From an archaeon (lineage in GTDB: Archaea > Iainarchaeota > Iainarchaeia > Iainarchaeales > CSSED10-239), in NCBI GenBank assembly GCA_035390665.1, contig DAOOUC010000004.1:1-32000 (forward strand): a stretch of 32,000 nt of DNA, written 5' to 3'. The notes below the pieces were generated by a model. It had not been told where the DNA came from, did not search any database, and saw nothing but the letters and a program-made list of their open reading frames with translations. The translations under genes and the position numbers were made by a program. Numbering within the stretch: position 1 is the first letter of the stretch; every line of letters begins with the position of its first letter. Positions 1 through 8,623 of the stretch are shown piece by piece.

Positions 1-135
1 TGCGATCCCAAAAACTACGATTTAAAGAAATGTTTGTTGTTTTCTTGAGAATTAGGCATATGAAAACTTCAAATTCACAAAATCTACAAATTAAAATCAG
101 AGAATAATTTAGAAAAAAATAAAAAAAGAAAGAAG

Positions 136-2265
136 TTAATTTATACTAACTTCTGTTGTATCTTCTGTGTTAAAGTTGTAAGTTACTATATGGTTGTTTG
201 AAATTGTGTATAACTCGTCACCAATGTACAAAGACCTTAAAAGATTACCATAATCTTGATTGTGTGATAATTTTTCTTTCTTAACAATGTCATCATCTTT
301 TATTTCAAGAACATAGAAATTTGTTTCATTTCCCCTTGTATTGAAGTATTCACTTACTGGAAGAACTATTAAATTGTTCTTTTCAATGTATAAGAATGCT
401 TTGTGATCTTCTTGCACTTGTGTGTAAGAATTCTCTGCAGAAACTTTATAGGTTGCTACTTCTTTTGGATCAGAATAATCTGAAACATCAAACAAGGTCA
501 CTTTTACTCCATCTGTTGAAGTTCCACCCCATTGGTTTTCTTTAGTATCTTGACCAACACCAAGTATTAAAGTATCACTTATTGGATGTAAGTAACTACT
601 ATATCCTGGAATCTTTAGATAACCTAAAACTTCGGGATTTTCTCTGTCACTTAAGTCTATAACAAAGAAAGGATCAATCTGTTTAAAAGTTACTAAAAAC
701 ACTTTATCTCCCATAAACCTTACACTATAGATTCTTTCATCTTTTGCTAAATCATCTAATTTAGAATACTCTTCTAAATCAGAATCAAGAATTACTATTC
801 CACTATTGCTTTTATAATCCTCATCTCTATAAGTAATAGCAACTCTTAAATAACCATCCTTATCTTCATCTAAAGAAAACTGATTTAAAAGTTCTCCTGT
901 AACATAACCTGTTGTTATCTCGCCTAATTTTCCATTTGCTTCTAATTCAATTTTACTAATATTTGTTTTTTGTCTTTCTCTTTGTTTTTCTTGATAGTAT
1001 TTATCTGTTGCTGCGGAAATTTCTTTGTATAGTTCTTCTTTTTCATCTGCCTCTAAAGAATTATAATATTCATTTAATATTTCTTTAAGTTTTTCAGGAT
1101 TTTCTAGGTTATCTTCAATATCTTCTTGAATTGAGTTTGGATAAACGTCTTTGTAAATTGCTTTAAAAACATCTAAATTATCATTATAGTACCCTCTAAA
1201 AAACCAAGGGCCCCAATAATTATTTTCTTTGTGAGCAATATATAAGTTGTCTTCACTCATATAGATTGTACTTGAATAATCAAGTAATAAATCTAAAGAA
1301 TCAATTACAGAATCTTGTGATTCGTCATATTTAATTGTTGTAATTGTATAAATGTTTTTATTATCAGGAGTTCCATCTTTTGGCATTATCATTGTTCTTT
1401 CTGTTGTGCTTATTTTTCCTGCTTTTTCTTCTTTTATTGGACTAATTATTATGTCGTCTAAAAGAATTGGATTAGAATAGAAGAAATTATTTGTGTTTGT
1501 TATTAAATAGATATATCCCTCTTTTAATCTGGATTGATAATATTCTCCATCAACTTCAATTGCACTTAACTTATCTAAACTATCTTCATTTATCTCATAA
1601 GTTGTAACAACTGTTGTTGGAATATAAATCATTTGCGGGTATAACAAAGAACTATCAAACTTTGATTCATTTCTGTATTTTGTTGTTACTAGATATAATA
1701 AATCATCATCTAATAATATTGTTCTAATTGTCTCTTGTGGACCAGTATAATATTCGTAGTTTGTTACTTCTTTTGATATTTCTAAATTGTATATGTCTTC
1801 TAATGGCGGAGTAACATTATTTACAACTACTAATTTATTGTCTTTACCAATAAATATTTTTTCTCCATTTGTTTTTACTATATCTCCTTCATCAATTCCT
1901 CTTACTTGAACATTTGTTGTTGAATAGTCTGTATCTCCCAAGCCTCCTGTTGATTGATCCATTCCTGGAGCAGGTGCATTTGCAACCACGTCCATTGATG
2001 AAGTCATTTCAAGAGTTTTTAAGCCAGATGCTCTTCCTACTGTGGACGAAGAACTTTGTTTTAAAAGAGTTAAAAGATTACTTTTTGTAAGAATCACAAA
2101 TTCAGAATTTTTGTATGGCTTTGGTTCTTCAATACTTATTTGTGTGGTATTTGTATTTGTTGTTGAATTAGTTTTATTGATATTTGCTCCAATAAAGAAC
2201 GAAGCAAAAATACCAATTACTAGTATTCCTATTATTACATATAAAAAATTATTTTTAGTTTTCAT
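136..2265 (-). CDS. Membrane-anchored extracellular beta-propeller domain protein (COG4880 / Pfam Beta_propel-like)
   Basis: Long ORF (track 136..2277) with an N-terminal hydrophobic helix, FLYVIIGILVIGIFASFFIGA. The C-terminal half carries the signature I associate with this family: RFMGDKVFLVTFKQIDPFFVIDLSDRENPEVLGYLKIPGYSSYLHP. I moved the start to the ATG at 2265, which is preceded by GGTGGA. The ATG at 2277 is also possible. Confidence 0.6.
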   Translation of the reverse strand: MKTKNNFLYVIIGILVIGIFASFFIGANINKTNSTTNTNTTQISIEEPKPYKNSEFVILTKSNLLTLLKQSSSSTVGRASGLKTLEMTSSMDVVANAPAPGMDQSTGGLGDTDYSTTNVQVRGIDEGDIVKTNGEKIFIGKDNKLVVVNNVTPPLEDIYNLEISKEVTNYEYYTGPQETIRTILLDDDLLYLVTTKYRNESKFDSSLLYPQMIYIPTTVVTTYEINEDSLDKLSAIEVDGEYYQSRLKEGYIYLITNTNNFFYSNPILLDDIIISPIKEEKAGKISTTERTMIMPKDGTPDNKNIYTITTIKYDESQDSVIDSLDLLLDYSSTIYMSEDNLYIAHKENNYWGPWFFRGYYNDNLDVFKAIYKDVYPNSIQEDIEDNLENPEKLKEILNEYYNSLEADEKEELYKEISAATDKYYQEKQRERQKTNISKIELEANGKLGEITTGYVTGELLNQFSLDEDKDGYLRVAITYRDEDYKSNSGIVILDSDLEEYSKLDDLAKDERIYSVRFMGDKVFLVTFKQIDPFFVIDLSDRENPEVLGYLKIPGYSSYLHPISDTLILGVGQDTKENQWGGTSTDGVKVTLFDVSDYSDPKEVATYKVSAENSYTQVQEDHKAFLYIEKNNLIVLPVSEYFNTRGNETNFYVLEIKDDDIVKKEKLSHNQDYGNLLRSLYIGDELYTISNNHIVTYNFNTEDTTEVSIN

Positions 2266-2395
2266 TTTTTCCACCATTTTTTAATTATTAATTATAAATA
2301 TAAGAAACAAATTACTTATAAATAGAATTTAATACTTAGGAAAAAACCTAAAAGAAAAAAGATTAAGCAACCAAGCATAGAACAATACACTTTTT

Positions 2396-2479
2396 GGCTG
2401 GGCGCGAGCTCATAGAAACTTTGTTTCTAGGATGCTAAGAAATGCCTTTGGCATTTGTTTAGCACGACCGCAACCGGCT
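2396..2479. ncRNA. Candidate structured RNA element of unknown identity (closing helix plus two hairpins)
   Basis: A GC-enriched island in AT-rich intergenic DNA. GGCTGG (2396-2401) can pair with CCGGCT (2474-2479). One hairpin is TAGAAAC-TTT-GTTTCTA (2413-2429). A second imperfect hairpin is GCTAAGAAATGCC / GGCATTTGTTTAGC (2434-2463). It starts directly after the stop of the minus-strand ORF 2480..2812. The strand is undetermined. Confidence 0.3.
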
Positions 2480-2812
2480 CTATTTGAATTTTGCTATTCT
2501 TATAACAACATAGATTGAAACAACTAATGCTGCTGGCCCAACAAAGCTTGCAAAGTTAAAGACTACTGCTTGTAAAAATGCACCAATTAGTGGAAGATTA
2601 CCAACAGGTGTTGCACTTGTTGCTATTAAAACTAAGGATGCTATCAAGAATTGATTAGTATCTTTGTCTTTAATATTTAAGAAACCAACAATCAACCCTA
2701 GAACAACTAAAGTAATTGTTACAATGTCTGTGTGTAATGGTATTAAAGCTAAAATTACACAAAAAAATAAACCTGTTAAAAATGCTATTGCACCTATCTT
2801 TTCTATTTTCAT
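2480..2812 (-). CDS. Small integral membrane protein, function unknown
   Basis: 110-aa ORF made almost entirely of hydrophobic helices (about 4 TM segments). GGGGGT lies about 10 nt upstream of the ATG. Confidence 0.55.
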   Translation of the reverse strand: MKIEKIGAIAFLTGLFFCVILALIPLHTDIVTITLVVLGLIVGFLNIKDKDTNQFLIASLVLIATSATPVGNLPLIGAFLQAVVFNFASFVGPAALVVSIYVVIRIAKFK

Positions 2813-2975
2813 TAATTATTACCCCCTAATTATAAATAGAAGATAATATATATTTTTAAATAATTAGTAAATAGGCAGAAAAGAGAAAAGATGAAACTCT
2901 TTATCTCTTTTATATTTTTTTAAGTGCAGAAAAGAGGAAGAAAAAGGTGCTAAATGGGGGTTTTTATAATATCTA

Positions 2976-3431
2976 TTACCTAATTATAAAATACACCTTT
3001 CTTCCTGCTGTTATTTTTTGTAAGTATTTATCTTTTACAAGACTATTTAATCTCTGACTTGCTGCATTTGTTCCCTTGTAACCAAATGCTACTTTTATCT
3101 CTTCAGCATCTGCTCTCTTCTTCTCTCTTATATAACTTATTATCTTATCATCTGTTTCTGATAACATCTTGATATCTAAATTACCTTGTATTTGATTTTG
3201 TGAGAGAGAAAACTGTAACTTGTCATACTTTTCTTGAATATCCTTTAGTATCTTATTGGTCTCTTTTCTTTCTTCAAGTAACTTAAAGACAAGAACTGAA
3301 AGAACCAATGGATCTTTTGTTTTCTCTTGAATATCCATCAAGTCAGATAATCCTAATTCCTTGAATTGTTGACCTAACAATTGCTCAAGGAATATCTTTT
3401 TAGTATCTTGTGTGTTGTCATTATTTGTCAT
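2976..3431 (-). CDS. Putative winged-helix (MarR/TrmB-like) DNA-binding protein with N-terminal coiled coil
   Basis: 151-aa ORF. The C-terminal segment ISYIREKKRADAEEIKVAFGYKGTNAASQRLNSLVKDKYLQKITAGRKVYFII has the helix-turn-helix plus wing pattern of wHTH regulators. The family assignment is not firm. Confidence 0.45.
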   Translation of the reverse strand: MTNNDNTQDTKKIFLEQLLGQQFKELGLSDLMDIQEKTKDPLVLSVLVFKLLEERKETNKILKDIQEKYDKLQFSLSQNQIQGNLDIKMLSETDDKIISYIREKKRADAEEIKVAFGYKGTNAASQRLNSLVKDKYLQKITAGRKVYFIIR

Positions 3432-3495
3432 AGTATATCATGATATAGTCATGACTTTGTTTTAAAAGGATCGTGTTTTATTTTTTTAAAGAAAT

Positions 3496-3584
3496 AGTGT
3501 TTTTGGTTAGAATTCCAAACACTGACCTTTTTTTCCCTCAAAAATAGAAGGAATTCATTAAAATTTATGTGTTTTTAATGAATT
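3496..3584 (-). terminator. Two AT-rich hairpins downstream of the small ORF 3601..3696 (terminator or operator candidates)
   Basis: A 12-bp perfect inverted repeat, AATTCATTAAAA (3552-3563) / TTTTAATGAATT (3573-3584), is followed on the minus strand by a T-run. A second hairpin is AGTGTTTTTGG / CCAAACACT (3496-3523). The sequence is low-complexity AT-rich, so significance is limited. Confidence 0.25.
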
Positions 3585-3600
3585 TATGTATAATTATAAT

Positions 3601-3696
3601 CTAAAATGCCTTAATTTTACTTCTAGCAAGATATATTGTACAAGCAATACATATTGTTAAAACTCCGGAGAATTCCAAAACATCTAAAATCATCAT
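3601..3696 (-). CDS. Possible 31-aa hydrophobic micropeptide
   Basis: This ORF is below the track size cutoff and translates as MMILDVLEFSGVLTICIACTIYLARSKIKAF. GGTGGT lies 4 nt upstream of the ATG, the same SD-like hexamer seen before the ORF at 8096. It sits in an otherwise empty 388-bp gap. Confidence 0.3.
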   Translation of the reverse strand: MMILDVLEFSGVLTICIACTIYLARSKIKAF

Positions 3697-3819
3697 ATCT
3701 ACCACCAATTTCCCTATATTTAATATACTCTGTATTACTATTACCACTATTATATTAATAAAAGAACTTATTTGTTTTTTAATTTAAAAATAGTTAAAAG
3801 TTTGGAAAGCAAACCAATC

Positions 3820-4899
3820 TTAAAAAACCCTAGATTCTCTTCTTGGAAGCCTAAAGCCATAGCTTCTTGTTTTCTCTAGAATCTTATTTGTTATTAAATC
3901 AATTTCTTGAAGAGTCAAACGACTTCTAATGTCTGCTTCTATTAGAACTGAAGGATAGGTATATTTTGGATTAAATGCAGAAATATTTGATATCATTGTA
4001 ACAATTCTATCTGTATATTCCTTAAGAGAAAAACCAAAATCCTTATAGTAAACAAACTCAATTCTTAAAGGATAATCATTATCAGAAAGCTTTAGATAAC
4101 AACAATAAAGATTATCTCTTATCTCTTCTGGAAAATCTGCAAGTATTGGATGAGATTTTGGATCCTTAGAATATTTAAAAACACCTGTTCTTTGATTCTT
4201 CTCTAGAAGAGAAAAAACAACAAAAGCATCAAACAATTCAAAATCAATCTCTTGATCATTAAATATTTCTGTTTTTAAAATTGAGAAGAATCTATTTGCT
4301 CTACAATCTTCAATACAACCTACAAGAAAAATATTTTTTTCTTTTGTTTCTTTGTAAACTGATAAAAACCTTGAAATTAAATGCTCGTATTTTTTTTTCT
4401 GAGGACAATCCTTTGTTGGCTTGTTTATATATTGGGGGACTATGGAACCGTCGAAGAGGTGGATGTTTGGCTTAGTTTGTCCAAGAATTAGTGAGGAAAC
4501 CTCCAGTTCTTTTTCTAAGCGAGAAATTGAAGTATTCCACATAATCTCTTCTAGTTCAAGAGAAGAACTTGAAAGATAAGGTTTTGGAAGATTGTACATA
4601 TTTGGAAAATACTTATAATCTTTTAGTTCTCCATCCTGGTAATCAAAAAAAACTCCACTCTCTTTTATGATTGTAATATTTACAAAATTAAGTTGTTTTG
4701 ATACAAAACCTGAATCCACACCAGAAGCCTTTAAAGAAAAATTTTCTTCTATTGTGATTGGTTCAATTAATTTTTCTTCAGAGTTATACGGATTTATTTT
4801 GGAAGAAACATTAAATGTTTTTAATCTAGAAATAAATACTTGGTTTTTATTATAACCATTAACCATCTGTTCTATAATAGTATTAATGTCTTGTTCCAT
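3820..4899 (-). CDS. nurA: NurA-family 5'-3' nuclease
   Basis: 359-aa ORF. It has the N-terminal acidic motif SGVDSGF, the second motif HLFDGSIVPQ, and later VGCIEDCRANRF and DAFVVFSLLEKNQRTGVF. These match the NurA pattern as I remember it (D...DGS...K/E...D..ll..lL..geRt). Confidence 0.6.
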   Translation of the reverse strand: MEQDINTIIEQMVNGYNKNQVFISRLKTFNVSSKINPYNSEEKLIEPITIEENFSLKASGVDSGFVSKQLNFVNITIIKESGVFFDYQDGELKDYKYFPNMYNLPKPYLSSSSLELEEIMWNTSISRLEKELEVSSLILGQTKPNIHLFDGSIVPQYINKPTKDCPQKKKYEHLISRFLSVYKETKEKNIFLVGCIEDCRANRFFSILKTEIFNDQEIDFELFDAFVVFSLLEKNQRTGVFKYSKDPKSHPILADFPEEIRDNLYCCYLKLSDNDYPLRIEFVYYKDFGFSLKEYTDRIVTMISNISAFNPKYTYPSVLIEADIRSRLTLQEIDLITNKILEKTRSYGFRLPRRESRVF

Positions 4900-4901
4900 G
4901 T

Positions 4902-5036
4902 TTATTTCTTTTTTGTTTCTATTTTTTGCAATTCTTTCCTAATGCCTTCTTCTGCGACTTTATTCCAATCAATGTTTGGATATCTGTCCATTGTATCTTT
5001 CATCTTCTGAGGAATTTCAATTGCCCATTCTTTCAT
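4902..5036 (-). CDS. Small ribbon-helix-helix (CopG-like) protein, 44 aa
   Basis: This ORF is below the track cutoff and translates as MKEWAIEIPQKMKDTMDRYPNIDWNKVAEEGIRKELQKIETKKK. The pattern is a beta-strand (AIEIP), helix, NIDW turn, helix. GGTGAT lies 3 nt upstream of the ATG. Its stop is 2 nt before the nurA ATG. Confidence 0.5.
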   Translation of the reverse strand: MKEWAIEIPQKMKDTMDRYPNIDWNKVAEEGIRKELQKIETKKK

Positions 5037-5111
5037 ATTATCACCAATTATATATAATAAATATAATTAATTCTTTATATTACTTTCTAGAGTAGATGTC
5101 CAGTGGGGAAA

Positions 5112-5681
5112 CTACTTTAATTTATATTTTTTTAGAACGGTTATTTTTCCAGAGAACGAAGGATAAAATTTAGCTAGTATGATTTCGGTAACAACCATTT
5201 TTCCAAAATTCTGTGTTTTATATTTTTTGGCTTCTTCTAATATCTTTTGGGAATCAGAAACTATGTGATTTAATGTTATGTGTGGAATATAGTTTGCTTT
5301 TTCAAATTTAGGAAATGAACTTGGAAGTACTTTACAGAATAAGTTATGATAGTTATGTAATTTTTTATTTTTAGAATAAACTTTTGCAATAACTACATTT
5401 GGGAAATTACTTACTCCGTTTACTTCTATTTCAAATGGATTGATTTTATTTATGACAGAATCTATTTGTTTAATATAATATTTAATATCTGTTTGATTTG
5501 GAGAACCATTAAACTGAGTAACTTCTTTTATTGTACAATGAAAACTTTTTTCAGGATAGATATCTTGCTTTGGATCTGCTTGTTTTAATTTTTTAGAAAC
5601 AACTACTAGTTCTTTATTTAAATTTTTACTAGTAAGTAAAATTAAGGCTATAGACCCAGATTTTTTATTCATTTTCTTCAA
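5112..5681 (-). CDS. 2H phosphoesterase superfamily protein (LigT / 2'-5' RNA ligase-like)
   Basis: 189-aa ORF with two H-x-T/S-x motifs at the expected spacing: FHCTIKE and PHITLNH. Confidence 0.6.
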   Translation of the reverse strand: MKKMNKKSGSIALILLTSKNLNKELVVVSKKLKQADPKQDIYPEKSFHCTIKEVTQFNGSPNQTDIKYYIKQIDSVINKINPFEIEVNGVSNFPNVVIAKVYSKNKKLHNYHNLFCKVLPSSFPKFEKANYIPHITLNHIVSDSQKILEEAKKYKTQNFGKMVVTEIILAKFYPSFSGKITVLKKYKLK

Positions 5682-5684
5682 CCC

Positions 5685-6581
5685 CTACATCGCATCTAAT
5701 CTTTTTATTCTTTCTTTAATTGGGGGATGTGTTGAGAACAAATTTGCAATTCCCCCCCCCTCTAAAGGATTAGCAATATACATATGTGCTGTTCCTTTGC
5801 TTGCATTCTTTACTGGTTGATTAAAACTGTCAATCTTTCTTAAGGCATCAGCTAAACCTTTTGGATATCTTGTTAGTTTCGCACTTGAACTGTCTGCTAA
5901 ATATTCTCTATTTCTTGAAATTGCAAGTTGTATTAACATTGCTACAAGCGGTGCTAAAATAAGTAAAGCAATACTAATAATTAACCCAACAATATTTTTA
6001 CCATCAGAATCATCACTTCCACCAAATATTAAAACCCTTAAAGCAATGTCTGAAACTATTGAAATAATCCCAAACAGAATTGAAGTTATTGTCATTACTT
6101 CAATGTCTCTATTTTTTATATGGGACATTTCATGAGCAACAACTCCTTCTAATTCTTGTCTAGACATTATTTTTAATAATCCTGTTGTTACTGCTAGACT
6201 TGCATGCTTTGGATCTCTCCCTGTTGCAAAAGCATTTGGGGAATCGTCATCAATAACATAAACTTTAGGTTTTGGAATTCCTGCTGAAATAGAAAGTCCT
6301 TCAACAACATTATTAAGATATTGGTGTCTCTTTGAATCTGCCTCTTGTGCTCCACTTGTTGCTAGAACTATCTTATCTCCTAAGAAATAACCAACAATTC
6401 CATAAATTATAGCAATAATTCCAGCAATAAATAATATTCCAAATCCTGCAAAATTAAAAATATATTTTAAAGCAATTGCAATTAGAAAAATAAATGCAAA
6501 AAAACCCAGAAATAAAAAATATGTTTTAATCTGATTCCTACTACTCTCTGTAAAAAAATCAATCCTTTTTCTTTCTTCCAT
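5685..6581 (-). CDS. htpX: HtpX-type M48 zinc metalloprotease
   Basis: It has the HEMSH zinc motif (VAHEMSHIKNRD), TM helices on either side of the catalytic domain, and a C-terminal STHPPIKERI. I chose the start at the internal ATG (MEERKRIDFF). The track ORF extends to 6626. Confidence 0.85.
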   Translation of the reverse strand: MEERKRIDFFTESSRNQIKTYFLFLGFFAFIFLIAIALKYIFNFAGFGILFIAGIIAIIYGIVGYFLGDKIVLATSGAQEADSKRHQYLNNVVEGLSISAGIPKPKVYVIDDDSPNAFATGRDPKHASLAVTTGLLKIMSRQELEGVVAHEMSHIKNRDIEVMTITSILFGIISIVSDIALRVLIFGGSDDSDGKNIVGLIISIALLILAPLVAMLIQLAISRNREYLADSSSAKLTRYPKGLADALRKIDSFNQPVKNASKGTAHMYIANPLEGGGIANLFSTHPPIKERIKRLDAM

Positions 6582-6656
6582 AATTATCACATCAAAATTA
6601 GTATATATGATTAATAATAATAACATTTAAAAAGAAATACATCTTTAAAAGATTAT

Positions 6657-8042
6657 GTGAATTATATGGTTAATAAATATCTATACTATAATGAAGAATA
6701 CAATAAAATTATAGAAAAACTAGAAAATGATAATTTAGATATAAAAGATATTTCAAATTATATTTTAAATGAAAAAGAAAAAGAAATTATTATTAAAGAA
6801 TTAAAAAAACTTAAGAAACAAAAACCAATAATTCAGAACCTCGAAAGTATAAAGAACACGAAAACTAAATTAAAAGAATATTTAAACAAGGATTTTGCAA
6901 ATTATCTTGTGGATTATTTTTTAGGATACAGACAATTAACTAAATTATTTGATTCTAAAGATATTGAAGAAATAATAATTAATGATTATGATAAGATATT
7001 TATTATAGATCGCGACCAAAATAAAATTTTAACAGGAATTTCTTTTACAGAGAAAGAATATGATAAATTTATTGATGTTTTAATAAATACTGTAAATAAA
7101 AACTTTAATAGAAGAGAATTTATAGACGGAAGTCTTCCAGACAAATCTAGATTAAATATTGTTTCTACAAATGTGTGTGGTTTTCATGCAATAACTATTA
7201 GAAAGTTTACTAGAAAACCATTAACTATAATTGATTTAATTAATTCTGAAACTGTGGATTCTTATACTGCTGCTTATCTTTGGACAATTATTGATGGATT
7301 TAAGATAAGGCCAGCAAACATATTTATCTGTGGGGGAACTGGTTGTGGTAAAACCACTTTTCTTAATGTTTTGTTAGATTTTATAAACAATAAAGAAAGA
7401 ATAATATTAATCGAAGATACCAATGAAATTGATGTATCTAATTTTGAAGACTCTGTTTCTTTATTGTCTGATATTTCAAACGAAAATAGTCTATATGATA
7501 TTACAATTAATACATTAAGAATGAGACCAGATAGAATAATTATAGGAGAAGTAAGAGGAAAAGAAGCACAAGGATTATTTGTTGCAATGGATACTGGGCA
7601 TGACGGTTGTCTTGCAACTCTTCATGCAAACAATAGCGAAGATACCATCAATAAATTATTAAATAAACCTATGGAAATTTCAGAAACAAATATTCCATTA
7701 TTAGATTTAATAATTATATTAAAAAGACAACAAATTAATGGAAAATTAAAAAGAAAAATATCTCAAATTTCTGAAATCACAAAAGTTGGAAATATAAGTT
7801 TAAATCACATATATAAAGAAAATGATGTATCTCAAGCAACAACAAACATAATGCTTTCGCAAGTTGCAGAAAAACTTTGTGAAATTATAAATATTTCAAA
7901 AAATGATTTCAAGAAAATTGTAGAATATAGAGCTGGACTATTAGATGAAATATCTAATTCTAATCCTAAAATTGATAAAGGAGAACTTAAAAAAATACTT
8001 CACAGTATAGAGTTTGATTATAAGACTATTCTAGAAAAATAA
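6657..8042 (+). CDS. Type II/IV secretion-family hexameric ATPase (archaeal FlaI/PilB/VirB11-like, T2SSE)
   Basis: Walker A is CGGTGCGKTTFLN, Walker B/Asp box is RIILIEDTNEI, followed by IIIGEVRGKEA and the His box LATLHANN. The track start is GTG at 6657, and an ATG at 6666 is an alternative. Confidence 0.85.
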   Translation: MNYMVNKYLYYNEEYNKIIEKLENDNLDIKDISNYILNEKEKEIIIKELKKLKKQKPIIQNLESIKNTKTKLKEYLNKDFANYLVDYFLGYRQLTKLFDSKDIEEIIINDYDKIFIIDRDQNKILTGISFTEKEYDKFIDVLINTVNKNFNRREFIDGSLPDKSRLNIVSTNVCGFHAITIRKFTRKPLTIIDLINSETVDSYTAAYLWTIIDGFKIRPANIFICGGTGCGKTTFLNVLLDFINNKERIILIEDTNEIDVSNFEDSVSLLSDISNENSLYDITINTLRMRPDRIIIGEVRGKEAQGLFVAMDTGHDGCLATLHANNSEDTINKLLNKPMEISETNIPLLDLIIILKRQQINGKLKRKISQISEITKVGNISLNHIYKENDVSQATTNIMLSQVAEKLCEIINISKNDFKKIVEYRAGLLDEISNSNPKIDKGELKKILHSIEFDYKTILEK

Positions 8043-8095
8043 ATAGATTTATTAAATATAGATATTAATATATAATATATAAATGGTGGTAAAAA

Positions 8096-8623
8096 ATGGC
8101 ATTTAATTTAAAAGAAATATTTAGTAGCAAAAGAAATACAGTTAAAGAAGAAGAAAACAGAAATTTTAATGCAATTCCTGTTTTAGAAAAAACAAATAAG
8201 ATTGATTTAGCAACACTTATCTCTAAAAGATTACAAGTAAATATTGATAAATACATAGATACAGCAAAAATTAATGAAGAAATTGAAAAATACAAACAAA
8301 TGGTCTTTGATTACAAGAAAAGAGGAGCAACAGAAAGACAATTAGAAAATCTTAAAGAAAAGATTGAAGAACTAGTTATTGAAAGGCAAAAAATGGATGT
8401 CTTAATGGAATTATTAAACCAAGACAATCTTGTTAAAACTGCATTTGGTAAGAAAAGACAATCTGAAATTTACACAACATTATTGAATAGATATAAAACA
8501 GGAAGACTATCTTTAATTGAATTTAAAGAAACACTTCAAGATTTATCAATAGTTTTAAAATCTAGAACAGATGACAGAAACGAAACACAAAGACTTGAAG
8601 ACTTTAATGCAAGATTGTTTTAA
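8096..8623 (+). CDS. Hypothetical coiled-coil protein
   Basis: 175-aa charged, heptad-like ORF. GGTGGT lies upstream of the ATG. It is on the same strand as the ATPase and immediately downstream of it. No family recognised. Confidence 0.5.
   Translation: MAFNLKEIFSSKRNTVKEEENRNFNAIPVLEKTNKIDLATLISKRLQVNIDKYIDTAKINEEIEKYKQMVFDYKKRGATERQLENLKEKIEELVIERQKMDVLMELLNQDNLVKTAFGKKRQSEIYTTLLNRYKTGRLSLIEFKETLQDLSIVLKSRTDDRNETQRLEDFNARLF

Noticed and set aside
2396-2479. Interpretation as a tRNA, split-tRNA half or 5S rRNA
   Set aside because: There is no T-loop (GTTCRAATC) and no D-loop GG. The 7-bp acceptor and cloverleaf geometry cannot be drawn. The element is too short for 5S rRNA and lacks the conserved loop sequences. 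It is left as an unidentified structured element.
6582-6626. N-terminal extensions of track ORFs (htpX to 6626, sufS to 14664, L35Ae from 29051, PolB-like from 11038, marC-like from 27748, hypothetical from 12962)
   Set aside because: The extensions encode hydrophobic or odd peptides absent from the known families, or start at TTG or GTG inside neighbouring features. Internal ATGs give N-termini that match the family consensus or are preceded by GGAGG/GGTGA-like sequences.
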